Of a stretch of 64,000 nt of DNA, positions 51,264-60,482 are shown piece by piece. The position numbers and the translations under genes were made by a program. The notes below the pieces were generated by a model that had not been told where the DNA came from, searched no databases, and was given only the letters and a program-made list of their open reading frames with translations. The first letter of the stretch is position 1. Every line of letters begins with the position of its first letter. Source of the DNA: Clostridia bacterium (GTDB taxonomy: Bacteria; Bacillota; Clostridia; TANB77; CAG-508); contig JAGBJN010000004.1 of NCBI GenBank assembly GCA_017934475.1, positions 1,783 through 65,782 on the forward strand, read 5' to 3'.

Positions 51264-53264
51264 TTAATTATTTATCCAACTTGGCTCATATTTACTCATC
51301 CAGATTCCTTTTAGTTCTTTTGTTTTCGTTACTTCTTCTCCATTTTCTTCTTCTGTCCAAATTTCTGTAAATGCTGGATGAACTATCATTCCAGGTTTTA
51401 ATTCATTTCCCATATTTGAATCATATGGCTTATTTTCTAAATTAACAAATATAACACCTGTATCTTGTCCACCTTGATTAACAATATAAGCATATCTTGG
51501 TATCCATACCCACCATGCTTCTATTCCATTTGCCATCGTTTTTATATTTGCCCATATTTTATTATTATAACTATAAAGTGTATATGTTTCATTTTCATAT
51601 GTTATTTGTCTTTGCATTCCTCCTGCTTTATAGTCTTTTAATAAAACTTCTCTAGATTTACTAAAATCTTCGTTATAGTATACCATCCAACTATTATTTT
51701 CATCAAAGCCTTCAATATCTGGTGCGTAGCACTCTCCTGAGCTTGCATTTCTTGTTTCATTTGTTACATTACTTGGTTCATATTTACTCATCCAAATTCC
51801 TTTTAGTTTTTTTACTATTGTTCCATCAACTGTTTCATTAAATGCAGGATGTACTATCATTCCACTTGGCAATCTATCTCCATAACTTTCTTTATCATAT
51901 GGTTTATCATTTTCATCAACAAAAATAATATCTACTTCTTTTGCTCCTTGACTAATACTATAAGCATAACGTGGTATCCATACCCACCAACATTCAATGT
52001 CATTTGCTTTTGTTTTTACATTTGCCCATACTTTGTTTGAATAATCATACCAATTTGTATTATTATTTTCATTATCCATATTAGCATCAGCAAGTTTTGG
52101 TCCTTCTGTAAATGTATTATTTTCTATATCAACATATTCAATCCATGTATTATTTTTATCAAATCCGCTTATATCTGGTGGATAACATTTTCCTGATGTA
52201 GCAACCCTTGTTTCATTTGTAAGATTACTTGGTTCATATTTACTCATCCATATTCCTTGAAGAGTTTTCGTTTTTGTTTCTGCCTCCTCACCTTCACCAA
52301 CTGTCCAAGTCTCTGTGAAAGCAGGTTGAATAGTATATTCTTCAAACTCTTCATCTGTTATTTGAGCATCATCTTTAAGTAAACGATTATTTTGTGTATC
52401 TAAAAATATTATATCCATAGGAGGATTTGAACTTGTACCATTTATTTTATAAGCATATCTTGGTATCCATACCCACCATGCCTCTATTCCATTTGAATTT
52501 GTCTTTACATTTGCCCATCTTTTATCAACATAGTCATCTAAAATATATTCTTCACCTTCATATGTTATTTTACTTTGTCTACCATCATTTATGTAGTTTT
52601 CTATTGGAACTTCATGTGATTTTGAAAAATCAGAATTATAATATACTAAAAATGTATGATGTAAATCAAATCCTGTTAAATCAGGTTTTAACCATCCTAT
52701 ATTTCCATTCCAAAAACTTTCTTCTGATGTTTGTGCTGGTTTTCCAATTACAGTTTGAGTGTTTTCTCCAGAACCTTCAACTCCCAAACCTCTTAATGTA
52801 TGATGCCATTTTCCTCTAAATTCTTCACCATCTACATCATATATTTGTAAATCTGCCAAATCTATAATGTATTTATGCGATACATTTGAGTTTATTTTTG
52901 TTTTATCAATTTCATATAATTCCAAACTATTAACGTCCAAATTTGAATCTTCTCTTACAGCCTTAATTTCAGCAATCAATGTACTTTTAAAGCTACTTTT
53001 ATTAGCCTCACCTAATATCGGTAATTTTTCAAGTACTGTCCTATTTTGCATATTTATAATGTCATCTTGCTCAGAATTTGTCCAATATAACATGGTTTTT
53101 TCTTGTATTTCAGAAAAGTTTGATTTATATCCAGCCTCTTTTGCTCTCGAAATCAATCCATCTTCGCCAAGAACTAATGTTATTGTTACACCTGCTAAAA
53201 TCAATAAAATAATAATTGTAATAACAAGTGCAACAAGTGTAATACCTTTTTTATTATTTTTCAT
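51264..53264 (-). CDS. Protein P2 (666 aa), paralog of P1: atypical prepilin-like N-terminus plus three repeats
   Basis: The first 35 aa are nearly identical to P1. The repeats carry WANVKT..NGIEAWWVWIPRYAY, HPAF and GIWMSKYEPS. Confidence 0.85.
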   Translation of the reverse strand: MKNNKKGITLVALVITIIILLILAGVTITLVLGEDGLISRAKEAGYKSNFSEIQEKTMLYWTNSEQDDIINMQNRTVLEKLPILGEANKSSFKSTLIAEIKAVREDSNLDVNSLELYEIDKTKINSNVSHKYIIDLADLQIYDVDGEEFRGKWHHTLRGLGVEGSGENTQTVIGKPAQTSEESFWNGNIGWLKPDLTGFDLHHTFLVYYNSDFSKSHEVPIENYINDGRQSKITYEGEEYILDDYVDKRWANVKTNSNGIEAWWVWIPRYAYKINGTSSNPPMDIIFLDTQNNRLLKDDAQITDEEFEEYTIQPAFTETWTVGEGEEAETKTKTLQGIWMSKYEPSNLTNETRVATSGKCYPPDISGFDKNNTWIEYVDIENNTFTEGPKLADANMDNENNNTNWYDYSNKVWANVKTKANDIECWWVWIPRYAYSISQGAKEVDIIFVDENDKPYDKESYGDRLPSGMIVHPAFNETVDGTIVKKLKGIWMSKYEPSNVTNETRNASSGECYAPDIEGFDENNSWMVYYNEDFSKSREVLLKDYKAGGMQRQITYENETYTLYSYNNKIWANIKTMANGIEAWWVWIPRYAYIVNQGGQDTGVIFVNLENKPYDSNMGNELKPGMIVHPAFTEIWTEEENGEEVTKTKELKGIWMSKYEPSWINN

Positions 53265-53322
53265 TTGTGCTCCTTTCCTTATTTTCCCTTACGCATACAC
53301 GTGATTCATAATTCTAAATAAA

Positions 53323-53351
53323 ATTATATACATAATTGTATTTTATTTCAA
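53323..53351 (-). promoter_or_regulatory. Consensus-like sigma-A promoter of cassette copy 2
   Basis: It reads TTGAAA-17 nt-TATAAT on the minus strand. Confidence 0.65.
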
Positions 53352-53433
53352 GTATTTTTAATAAAATAAAACTGGACAAAAAAAATATAATATAGTAAAA
53401 TTATTTTTGTTAATAATTTGGAGGAAAAGTAAA

Positions 53434-53946
53434 ATGATTTTAAAATATTTAATAGTTTTTTTAGTTTCTATGGTTCCACTTGTAGAATTAAGATGTGCAA
53501 TACCTTTTGGCCTAAGTGATGCATTTAATGTAGCATTAAATGATAATATATGGCATATTGTTTTATTATATATAGTTGCAATTTTAGGAAATATGCTCCC
53601 AGTTCCAATTATATTTTTCTTTGCTAGAAAAGTATTAGAATGGGGAGCAGATAAAAAATTCATAGGAAAGTTTTTCACATTTTGTTTAAAAAAAGGTGAA
53701 AAAGCAGGAAATAAATTACAAGCAAAAGCAGGTAGAGGTTTATATTTTGCATTATTTTTATTTGTAGGAATTCCTCTTCCAGGTACTGGTGCATGGACAG
53801 GTACACTTGCAGCAAGTTTCCTAGATATGGACTTTAAAAAGAGTTCAATTGCTGTTATGGCAGGAGTAATTTTAGCAGGTATAATTATGGGGCTTGCATC
53901 AGCTGGAGTATTTGGTGCTTTTGGTGCAATCTTTAACAAAGCATAA
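53434..53946 (+). CDS. Small membrane protein, COG2426 / putative small multidrug export protein family
   Basis: It has the motif PLVELRCAIPFG, 4-5 TM segments and the Gly-rich GIPLPGTGAWTG. I prefer the ATG at 53434 with a GGAGG RBS; the track start at 53407 is TTG. Confidence 0.7.
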   Translation: MILKYLIVFLVSMVPLVELRCAIPFGLSDAFNVALNDNIWHIVLLYIVAILGNMLPVPIIFFFARKVLEWGADKKFIGKFFTFCLKKGEKAGNKLQAKAGRGLYFALFLFVGIPLPGTGAWTGTLAASFLDMDFKKSSIAVMAGVILAGIIMGLASAGVFGAFGAIFNKA

Positions 53947-53953
53947 GTTTTAA

Positions 53954-54067
53954 TTGACAAAATTGGAATAATATGGTATTATAATTATACAATAAAAAAT
54001 GAGTTTTGGGTCATTTGAATTCATTGTAAGTTGTATGTGTATCCGTGAAATACACATACTTTTTTTT
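53954..54067 (+). ncRNA. Candidate small RNA (promoter to terminator; transcript ~78 nt)
   Basis: TTGACA (53954..53959)-17 nt-TATTAT (53977..53982) lies just after the stop of the upstream gene. The terminator is GTATGTGTAT-7 nt-ATACACATAC plus T8 (54033..54067). There is no RBS before the only ATG, and an internal hairpin AAATGA/TCATTT is present. Confidence 0.3.
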
Positions 54068-54078
54068 GCAATAAAAAT

Positions 54079-54101
54079 AAGGCAGACCGTGAATCTGCCT
54101 T
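54079..54101 (-). terminator. Terminator of the 46-aa ORF
   Basis: The stem AAGGCAGA / TCTGCCTT is followed on the minus strand by TATTTTTATT. Confidence 0.65.
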
Positions 54102-54105
54102 ACGA

Positions 54106-54246
54106 CTAATTATGTCTATCAGTCTTAGCTGTGTTTTTATTTTGCATTTGTTTTTGTTGTTTTAATTCATTTTGTAATTTAAAGTTTTTTTCTTTTTCTG
54201 CTATGTACTTATCCACCAAATGCAAAACAAGGTCATTAGAGTTCAT
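54106..54246 (-). CDS. Unannotated small protein, 46 aa, Lys/Gln/Asn-rich (MNSNDLVLHLVDKYIAEKEKNFKLQNELKQQKQMQNKNTAKTDRHN)
   Basis: It falls below the 60-aa cut-off of the track. It has RBS GGGAGAG 6 nt upstream of the ATG, its own promoter (54342..54370) and its own terminator (54079..54101). Confidence 0.5.
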   Translation of the reverse strand: MNSNDLVLHLVDKYIAEKEKNFKLQNELKQQKQMQNKNTAKTDRHN

Positions 54247-54341
54247 TGTCAGCTCTCCCTTCCGCCTTTAAAAAGGCTAGCCTTCTTTTAACGAAAGGTT
54301 GCGTATATGCTACCATAAATTTCCATTTAAAACAAGCGAAC

Positions 54342-54370
54342 ATTATAAATTTATGTTAATTATTTTTCAA
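54342..54370 (-). promoter_or_regulatory. Sigma-A-type promoter for the 46-aa ORF
   Basis: It reads TTGAAA-17 nt-TATAAT on the minus strand. The -35 overlaps the 3' end of the AI-2E transporter gene. Confidence 0.55.
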
Positions 54371-55526
54371 CAAATTTTTCATTTTCCTCTGTTTCGACAA
54401 TTTCCTTCTTTTTTCTTTCCCTATAATCTATAAAGTCTTCAATCAATACTTTCATAATTGCAATAATAGGTACTGCTAAGAACATTCCTATTAATCCAAA
54501 ATATGCTCCACCAACAGTAACTGCAAAAATAACTAATATTGGATTTATTTTTAATGAATTTCCAACTATTTTTGGATTAATTATATTTGCATCAATTTGT
54601 TGTAGTATTATTACTACAATAAGCATCCAAATTGCTTGTTCAAATCCACCTGTAAGAAGTGTAATAATTCCTGCTATTGTAACAGCTATAATTGCACCAA
54701 TATATGGAATTAAATTAAATAATCCTATCATAAATCCAAGTAAAACAGCATATTTTACTCCCATTATACTCATAGCTATCGAAGTTATTATTCCAACTAC
54801 AATAGCATCTAATATTTGACTAAATAAAAAATTAAAGAATATTTCATTTGATCTATTAAAATACTTATCTATATTTAAATAAGTTTTTTTATTAAATATT
54901 GCTCCTGTAAATCTTCTAAAAAATTTTAGTATATCACTTCTACTATTTAAGAAATATACTGAAACTACTATAGCAACAAAAATATCAAATATTCTTCCGG
55001 CAAAGCTCAATGCGCCTTGTGCATATTGTGTTATTTGTTCTATATTTATTATTTGTTTAAAATCAATATGATTTGCTTCGTCAACAATTTTAGTAATAAC
55101 TTCCGCTTTCCAAAAACTATCTTCTGGTAAATCATTTACTGTATTTACTAAAGTTTCATAGTAACTTCCCATATTATTCGCTAAATCAGTTATACTTTGA
55201 ACTATAGGAGGCATAATAACATTTATTACTAAAATGATTAATAATAATGCAATAATATATACTGTTAATATACTAAGTTGTCTTGCCTTATTATTAATTA
55301 TTTTTATTTTTTTTGCTTTTTTAAATAGATTTTCAAATTTCTTACATGGCACATATAAAATATAAGCAATTAAGATTCCTATGCCAAAAGGTGTAAGTAT
55401 TCCAAGTAAGTTTTTAAATCCTTCAGAAATTTGTCCTAAATTATCTATTAGTTTATAGAATATTATTACTACTATAGCAAATGTAATCCAATATAGCCAC
55501 TTACTACCAAATTTCTTTTTTTCCAT
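54360..55526 (-). CDS. AI-2E family transporter (PerM/UPF0118)
   Basis: It is 388 aa with about 8 TM segments and the typical C-terminal PYIGAIIA...G motif region. It has RBS AAGGAG and lies 11 nt downstream of xth. Confidence 0.75.
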   Translation of the reverse strand: MEKKKFGSKWLYWITFAIVVIIFYKLIDNLGQISEGFKNLLGILTPFGIGILIAYILYVPCKKFENLFKKAKKIKIINNKARQLSILTVYIIALLLIILVINVIMPPIVQSITDLANNMGSYYETLVNTVNDLPEDSFWKAEVITKIVDEANHIDFKQIINIEQITQYAQGALSFAGRIFDIFVAIVVSVYFLNSRSDILKFFRRFTGAIFNKKTYLNIDKYFNRSNEIFFNFLFSQILDAIVVGIITSIAMSIMGVKYAVLLGFMIGLFNLIPYIGAIIAVTIAGIITLLTGGFEQAIWMLIVVIILQQIDANIINPKIVGNSLKINPILVIFAVTVGGAYFGLIGMFLAVPIIAIMKVLIEDFIDYRERKKKEIVETEENEKFVEK

Positions 55527-55537
55527 ACTATTCTCCT

Positions 55538-56293
55538 TTACATATCTATATCTAATTCAATAGGACAGTGATCACTACCAAATACATCTTTATGAATTTT
55601 ACTATCTACTATTTTATCTTTTATTGAATCCGAAGTTATAAAATAATCAATTCTCCATCCTATATCTTTTTCTCTTGCTTTAAACATATAAGACCACCAT
55701 GTATATGCTCCTTCTTTATCAGGATACATATATCTATAAGTATCTACGAAACCAGAATTTAATAGCTCACTCATTTTATTTCTTTCTTCATCAGTAAATC
55801 CAGCACTATGATGATTTGTATTTGGATTTTTTAAATCTATTTCCTCATGTGCAACATTTAAATCTCCACAATATATTACAGGTTTTTTCTTATCTAATGT
55901 AGTTAAGTATTTTCTTACTTCATCTTCCCAAACTTGACGATAATCAAGTCTTTCTAATTCTCTTTTTGAATTTGGAGTATAACAATTAACAAAATAAAAA
56001 TTATCAAACTCCAATGTAATTATTCTTCCCTCTTTATCATGTTCTTCTATTCCTAGACCATAAGTAACATTAATCGGCTTTATTTTAGTAAAAACAGCAG
56101 TTCCAGAATATCCTTTTTTTTCTGCATAATTCCAATATTGATTATATCCTTCCAAATTTAATTCTAATTGTCCTTCTTGCATCTTTGTTTCTTGTAGAGC
56201 AACTATATCACTATTTACTTCATTAAAAAAATCCATAAATCCTTTATTCATAACTGCCCTTATTCCATTAACATTCCATGACACTAATTTCAT
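55538..56293 (-). CDS. xth: Exodeoxyribonuclease III
   Basis: It has MKLVSWNVNGIRA, QETK, the DLNVAHEEIDL motif and a C-terminal SDHCPIELD. Confidence 0.92.
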   Translation of the reverse strand: MKLVSWNVNGIRAVMNKGFMDFFNEVNSDIVALQETKMQEGQLELNLEGYNQYWNYAEKKGYSGTAVFTKIKPINVTYGLGIEEHDKEGRIITLEFDNFYFVNCYTPNSKRELERLDYRQVWEDEVRKYLTTLDKKKPVIYCGDLNVAHEEIDLKNPNTNHHSAGFTDEERNKMSELLNSGFVDTYRYMYPDKEGAYTWWSYMFKAREKDIGWRIDYFITSDSIKDKIVDSKIHKDVFGSDHCPIELDIDM

Positions 56294-56387
56294 AATTTTT
56301 CTCCTTTAAATACACTATATATTATACCATGTTTTTCCTAATTTGTATATAGCAAGAAAAAAGACAACCTTTTAGTTGCCTTCTATA

Positions 56388-57323
56388 TTAATACCATCCT
56401 TTACTTTGTGAATGTGCCCATGCATTAGTAGGACTACCATACCTTTTAGCAATATAATTTAATCCCCATTCAATTTGAGTTTCAGCATTTGTTAGGTAAT
56501 CATCACCATATGCAGCCATTTTACTTGCAGGTAAACTTTGTGGTATTCCATATGCTCCTGAGCTTCTATTTTGTGCATATGGATTCCAATGACTTTCTCT
56601 ATTCCATAATGCTACTAAACATACGAAGTCTGTTTCATCCCATCCATAATCTTCACATCTTCTTTCTGCATATGCTTGATATTCTGCAATATCACCTGAT
56701 GATGCTCTTTCTCCTAAACCTCTTGTAGAAATTTGAACAGTTTTTACTTCAACTATTTTATCTACAGGTTCTCTAATTAATTCAGATGAAATCTCAACTC
56801 TTTCAATTTCAACATCATCTTTATACTTTACTTTATAAGTAACTTCTCTTAGTCCATCAACACCATTTTGAACAACTTTATTTTGTTTTGTTCCTTCTCC
56901 TTCTGTCTCTCTAGTAATTGTTTCATATGGTATAACTTCTTCAACTGTTTCTAATTTTTCTACTATAGTTCCATAAGAACTTAGTATTTCTTCCTTAGTA
57001 ATTGTATTTTCTACTTCTGCAACCTCATCCATATTTATTGGATCAGTCGAAATTTTAATTGTTTTATTATCTGTTATTTCCTCATATAATTTTGGATAAA
57101 TATTTTCCTCTGCTAATAACGTTATGTGATTTTCCTCTAATATATCGGAAACCTTAGTTTTCGATGTAACCACTGACATTTCGTAACCATTTGAAAGAAT
57201 AATTTTTACATTTGTTAATTTAACATTAGTGGCTGTAACACCTACACCAGTAATAAAAATAATTGCTAAACTAATAATCATTATTTTTATTAGTGAACCA
57301 GATGCTTTGTCGCTTTTGTTCAT
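56388..57323 (-). CDS. YabE-like cell-wall protein: TM segment, DUF348, G5 domain, C-terminal SLT-type lytic transglycosylase domain
   Basis: The G5-like segment is IPYETITRETEGEGTKQNKVVQNGVDGLREVTYKV. The SLT signature is RESHWNPYAQNRSSGAYGIPQ. It sits directly downstream of tatD, as yabE does relative to yabD in Bacillus. Confidence 0.75.
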   Translation of the reverse strand: MNKSDKASGSLIKIMIISLAIIFITGVGVTATNVKLTNVKIILSNGYEMSVVTSKTKVSDILEENHITLLAEENIYPKLYEEITDNKTIKISTDPINMDEVAEVENTITKEEILSSYGTIVEKLETVEEVIPYETITRETEGEGTKQNKVVQNGVDGLREVTYKVKYKDDVEIERVEISSELIREPVDKIVEVKTVQISTRGLGERASSGDIAEYQAYAERRCEDYGWDETDFVCLVALWNRESHWNPYAQNRSSGAYGIPQSLPASKMAAYGDDYLTNAETQIEWGLNYIAKRYGSPTNAWAHSQSKGWY

Positions 57324-57503
57324 AAAAATATACCTCCTTATTATGCTACATCCGTATTATACTATTGATTTTGCAATATGTCAAATTTTGTCTAAACCAG
57401 TAAAATCAACCATTTTTATTTTTTATTTTATGTTATTAAGTCTGAAACTCTACGGATTTCATGCATTTCTAATATATTATATGCTGCTTGTACAAAAAAA
57501 TAA

Positions 57504-58289
57504 CTATTTATTAGATATTTTTCCAAATAAATCTAAAACATTATTATAAGTTTGCTCTGCAACTTCTTCGATTGATATATTTTTAAAGTCTGCAATTTTT
57601 TGTACTATATGTTTTACATTCATACATTCATTTCTTGTTCCTCTTTTAGGTTCAGGTGCAAGGTATGGACTATCCGTTTCTGTTATTATTCTATTTAATG
57701 GAACCATATTTACAATTTCTTCAGCATTTTTTGAATTTTTAAAAGTTACAGTTCCAGCAAAAGAAATATAAAAACCTAACTTTAATGCTTCTTTTACAAG
57801 TTCTCTATTTAATGGACAACAATGAAACATTCCTTTTCTTTTAACAGGATGTTCTTTTAAAATTTGTATTGTATCCATTACCGCTTCTCTTGTATGAATT
57901 TGTATTGGCAAATCATATTTATTTGCAAGTTCAATTTGTCTTATAAAAAACTCTTTTTGTATTTCTTTATTTTCAGTATTCCAATGGTAATCAAGACCAA
58001 TTTCACCTATAGCTATTATTTTTTTATTTATAGCTAATGTTTCAAGTTCTTTCATTAACTCATCAATATTTTCTAAATTCTCAGGAACATCATTAGGCGA
58101 TATCCCGCACGTCGAATATATAAAGTCATATTTAGAAGATATTTCAATACTTTTTTTTGAAGAATGTATATCATATCCAGCACATATAATCTTTGTTATT
58201 CCTTCATTTTTTGTTCTTTTTATAACTTCATCTAAATCATCATCAAACTGTTCATCATTATAATGAGAATGTGCATCTATAAATTTCAT
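57504..58289 (-). CDS. tatD: TatD family metal-dependent hydrolase (YabD-like)
   Basis: It has IDAHSHY, GEIGLDYHW, IHTREA, and ETDSPYLAP motifs. Confidence 0.9.
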   Translation of the reverse strand: MKFIDAHSHYNDEQFDDDLDEVIKRTKNEGITKIICAGYDIHSSKKSIEISSKYDFIYSTCGISPNDVPENLENIDELMKELETLAINKKIIAIGEIGLDYHWNTENKEIQKEFFIRQIELANKYDLPIQIHTREAVMDTIQILKEHPVKRKGMFHCCPLNRELVKEALKLGFYISFAGTVTFKNSKNAEEIVNMVPLNRIITETDSPYLAPEPKRGTRNECMNVKHIVQKIADFKNISIEEVAEQTYNNVLDLFGKISNK

Positions 58290-58297
58290 ATTTCCTC

Positions 58298-58669
58298 CTA
58301 ATCATCAAATACAGCAACACATGTCGCTGTAGCATATTTTTCTATATGTGATAAACTAACATCTATTTGATTTAATCCCTTTACTTCTATTTTTAAATTT
58401 ACAATAGGCCTTTGATTTTTATCTAATATTATTTCAATATCAGTCCATTTTATATCATATTTATTTTCTAAACTCTCAGATATTGCTTTAAACACCGCTT
58501 CCTTTGCTGCAAATCTAGCTGCAAAATTCTGAAATCTAGTTTCTTTACTATTACAATATGTTATTTCCAAATCTGTATAAACTTTATTTAGAAATCTTTC
58601 TTCAAACTTTTCAATTGCTTCTTTTATCCTATTTACTTCAATTATATCTGTTCCACATTTTATCTTCAT
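58298..58669 (-). CDS. acpS: Holo-[acyl-carrier-protein] synthase
   Basis: It has GTDIIEVNRI, FAAKEAVFKA and SLSH motifs and is 123 aa. Confidence 0.88.
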   Translation of the reverse strand: MKIKCGTDIIEVNRIKEAIEKFEERFLNKVYTDLEITYCNSKETRFQNFAARFAAKEAVFKAISESLENKYDIKWTDIEIILDKNQRPIVNLKIEVKGLNQIDVSLSHIEKYATATCVAVFDD

Positions 58670-58688
58670 GTTATATCTCCTTACTTAC

Positions 58689-58727
58689 AAAATGACACTT
58701 TTAGAAAAATTCCAAAAGTGTCATTTT
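58689..58727 (-). terminator. Terminator downstream of the WG-repeat gene
   Basis: It has a 14-bp stem, AAAATGACACTTTT / AAAAGTGTCATTTT. Confidence 0.65.
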
Positions 58728-58729
58728 CT

Positions 58730-60244
58730 TTATTTTGTATAATAATTTGCATTTATATCTGTTGCTAAATGCCACTGTGCAATAAAATCAACTATAATTG
58801 CGTTATCTAAAGTATAAGTAGGTTCAACAACCACTTTGCCTTTTGAATCTAAGCATCCCCATTTTCCATTTTTCTTTACAGCTACAAATCCATATTTATT
58901 TTGTTCTGTTGCATCTTCATAAATATAGTCAACTACTACTATTCCTTTTTCATTAACATACCCATATTTTCCATCTTTTTTACTTAAGAATATTGTATTA
59001 GTATTTAATATTTCAGTGTTTTCTTTTTCTTCTAACTTAAAGTTATAGTATTTATATTCATCATTTACTCTTAATCTAATATAATTTTTATCTGTATTTA
59101 TTTGTGCAACTATTCCTGTTGCCTTAACTGCAAAATCTTTATCCATTAATTCTGATTGCATATTATCTTTATTAGCTTGTATAAATCCAGCATCCTCGAG
59201 ATATTTTATAAATGTATAATTAAATCCTACTCTTTCGGAATTGTTTATTGTTATAATTCCATATTTACCATCTCTTTTAGCTATATAATAATCTCCAAAT
59301 GCATATGTTAAGTTATCATACTCTGCTGGAATCTTTTCTGTATTATCTTTAGAAACAACTCCATATTTTCCATCTTTTAATATTGTAATATAATCCCCAT
59401 CAATTGATTTAATATCATTAAATCCTTCTGTAATTACATCTTCACCTTTTGTATTTACAAGTTTTAAAGTTCCTGCTTCCACAACAACATACATTTTATT
59501 TCCATATATATGTTTTATTTCATCATATTTTTCTTCTAAAGCAACTGTTCCATCATAATTAATAAGTCCAAATTTACCACTTTCATTTTTTACTATAAAT
59601 CCATTTTCATATTTTTCTGTTAATGGTGCTATAGTAACATATTTATTACTTATGATCTCTTTTCCTAGATTATTTACAATTCCTTTTTGTCCATCATTAC
59701 TTGTAATATATACTGATTTTGTTCCATCAAGAACATCTATTGAATCCTTACTACAAGATAGTGTTTCTTTACCATCAAAATTTATTAAGCCATATTTTCC
59801 ATCTTTTTTTACTTTTATAGCATTTTCATACCAAATATTATTATTTTCATCATGATTATATAATAATTCAACTTTATCATACGATGTAAATATTGGTTCA
59901 TTTTTCTCATTTACAACTTTTGTATCATATGTTTCATCATCATAATTTACATTCTCAAGTACAAAGAATACTGGTTTTGAATTTTCAGGTACAACTATCA
60001 TATCATTATATGTTGGTTTTATAACAGTATTACCTTTTGTATCGATAACACCCCATTTTCCATCTTCATATACTGTATAATATCCAATTGCAAATACTTT
60101 TTCATTAGTATTTGATTTTTCACTAAATAATTCTTTTATTCCCACTATAAACATGATAATAACTAATAAAGCAATCACTACGGCTGCAACCTTTTTCATG
60201 TTTAATTTTTTTTCTTCTTCATCAAATCTCTTTCCTCTACTCAT
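58730..60244 (-). CDS. Membrane-anchored WG (KWG) repeat-containing protein
   Basis: It has an N-terminal TM segment followed by many repeats of DGK[WYF]G[LV][IV]...G..[IV]...Y. Confidence 0.8.
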   Translation of the reverse strand: MSRGKRFDEEEKKLNMKKVAAVVIALLVIIMFIVGIKELFSEKSNTNEKVFAIGYYTVYEDGKWGVIDTKGNTVIKPTYNDMIVVPENSKPVFFVLENVNYDDETYDTKVVNEKNEPIFTSYDKVELLYNHDENNNIWYENAIKVKKDGKYGLINFDGKETLSCSKDSIDVLDGTKSVYITSNDGQKGIVNNLGKEIISNKYVTIAPLTEKYENGFIVKNESGKFGLINYDGTVALEEKYDEIKHIYGNKMYVVVEAGTLKLVNTKGEDVITEGFNDIKSIDGDYITILKDGKYGVVSKDNTEKIPAEYDNLTYAFGDYYIAKRDGKYGIITINNSERVGFNYTFIKYLEDAGFIQANKDNMQSELMDKDFAVKATGIVAQINTDKNYIRLRVNDEYKYYNFKLEEKENTEILNTNTIFLSKKDGKYGYVNEKGIVVVDYIYEDATEQNKYGFVAVKKNGKWGCLDSKGKVVVEPTYTLDNAIIVDFIAQWHLATDINANYYTK

Positions 60245-60406
60245 ATATAAATAACCTCTTTTCCAAATAACTGATTATTTTATAATTTTTTATACTATAT
60301 CATATTTCTACATAAAATTACAATAGTTTACAAATTATTTCTTTTTGTTTCTTTTAAATCCGTAGGTTTTTGGCTTCATTTATTTGTAATTGAAATGAAA
60401 AATTTA

Positions 60407-60435
60407 TTGATATTTTGTTATTATTATGATATAAT
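60407..60435 (+). promoter_or_regulatory. Consensus-like sigma-A promoter of the GC-anomalous ORF
   Basis: It reads TTGATA-17 nt-TATAAT, and the RBS AGGAGG lies at 60470..60475. Confidence 0.6.
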
Positions 60436-60482
60436 AACAAAGTAACTGTAAATTTCGTAACAAAAATTTAGGAGGACAAAAA

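Larger units (their letters stand above)
47667..53351 (-). repeat. Tandem duplication of a ~2.85-kb cassette (promoter, pilin-like repeat protein gene, secreted partner gene, terminator)
   Basis: Copy 1 is 47667..50506 and copy 2 is 50512..53351. Promoters, leader motif, first ~480 nt of the large genes (roughly 85-90% identical by eye) and terminators correspond. Confidence 0.85.

Noticed and set aside
53358-53960. A 200-aa minus-strand ORF overlaps the whole 53407..53946 plus-strand ORF.
   Set aside because: It lies antisense to a gene with a recognisable family motif (PLVELRCAIPFG), a proper RBS and TM topology. Its own translation is low-complexity (Pro/Ala/Lys/Asn-rich) and has no RBS.
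54247-54335. The relatively GC-rich leader of the 46-aa ORF, with the palindrome AAGGCTAGCCTT, was considered as a riboswitch.
   Set aside because: I could not match it to any riboswitch consensus I know (preQ1, SAM, TPP, c-di-AMP ydaO, and others). It is kept only as part of the small-ORF finding.
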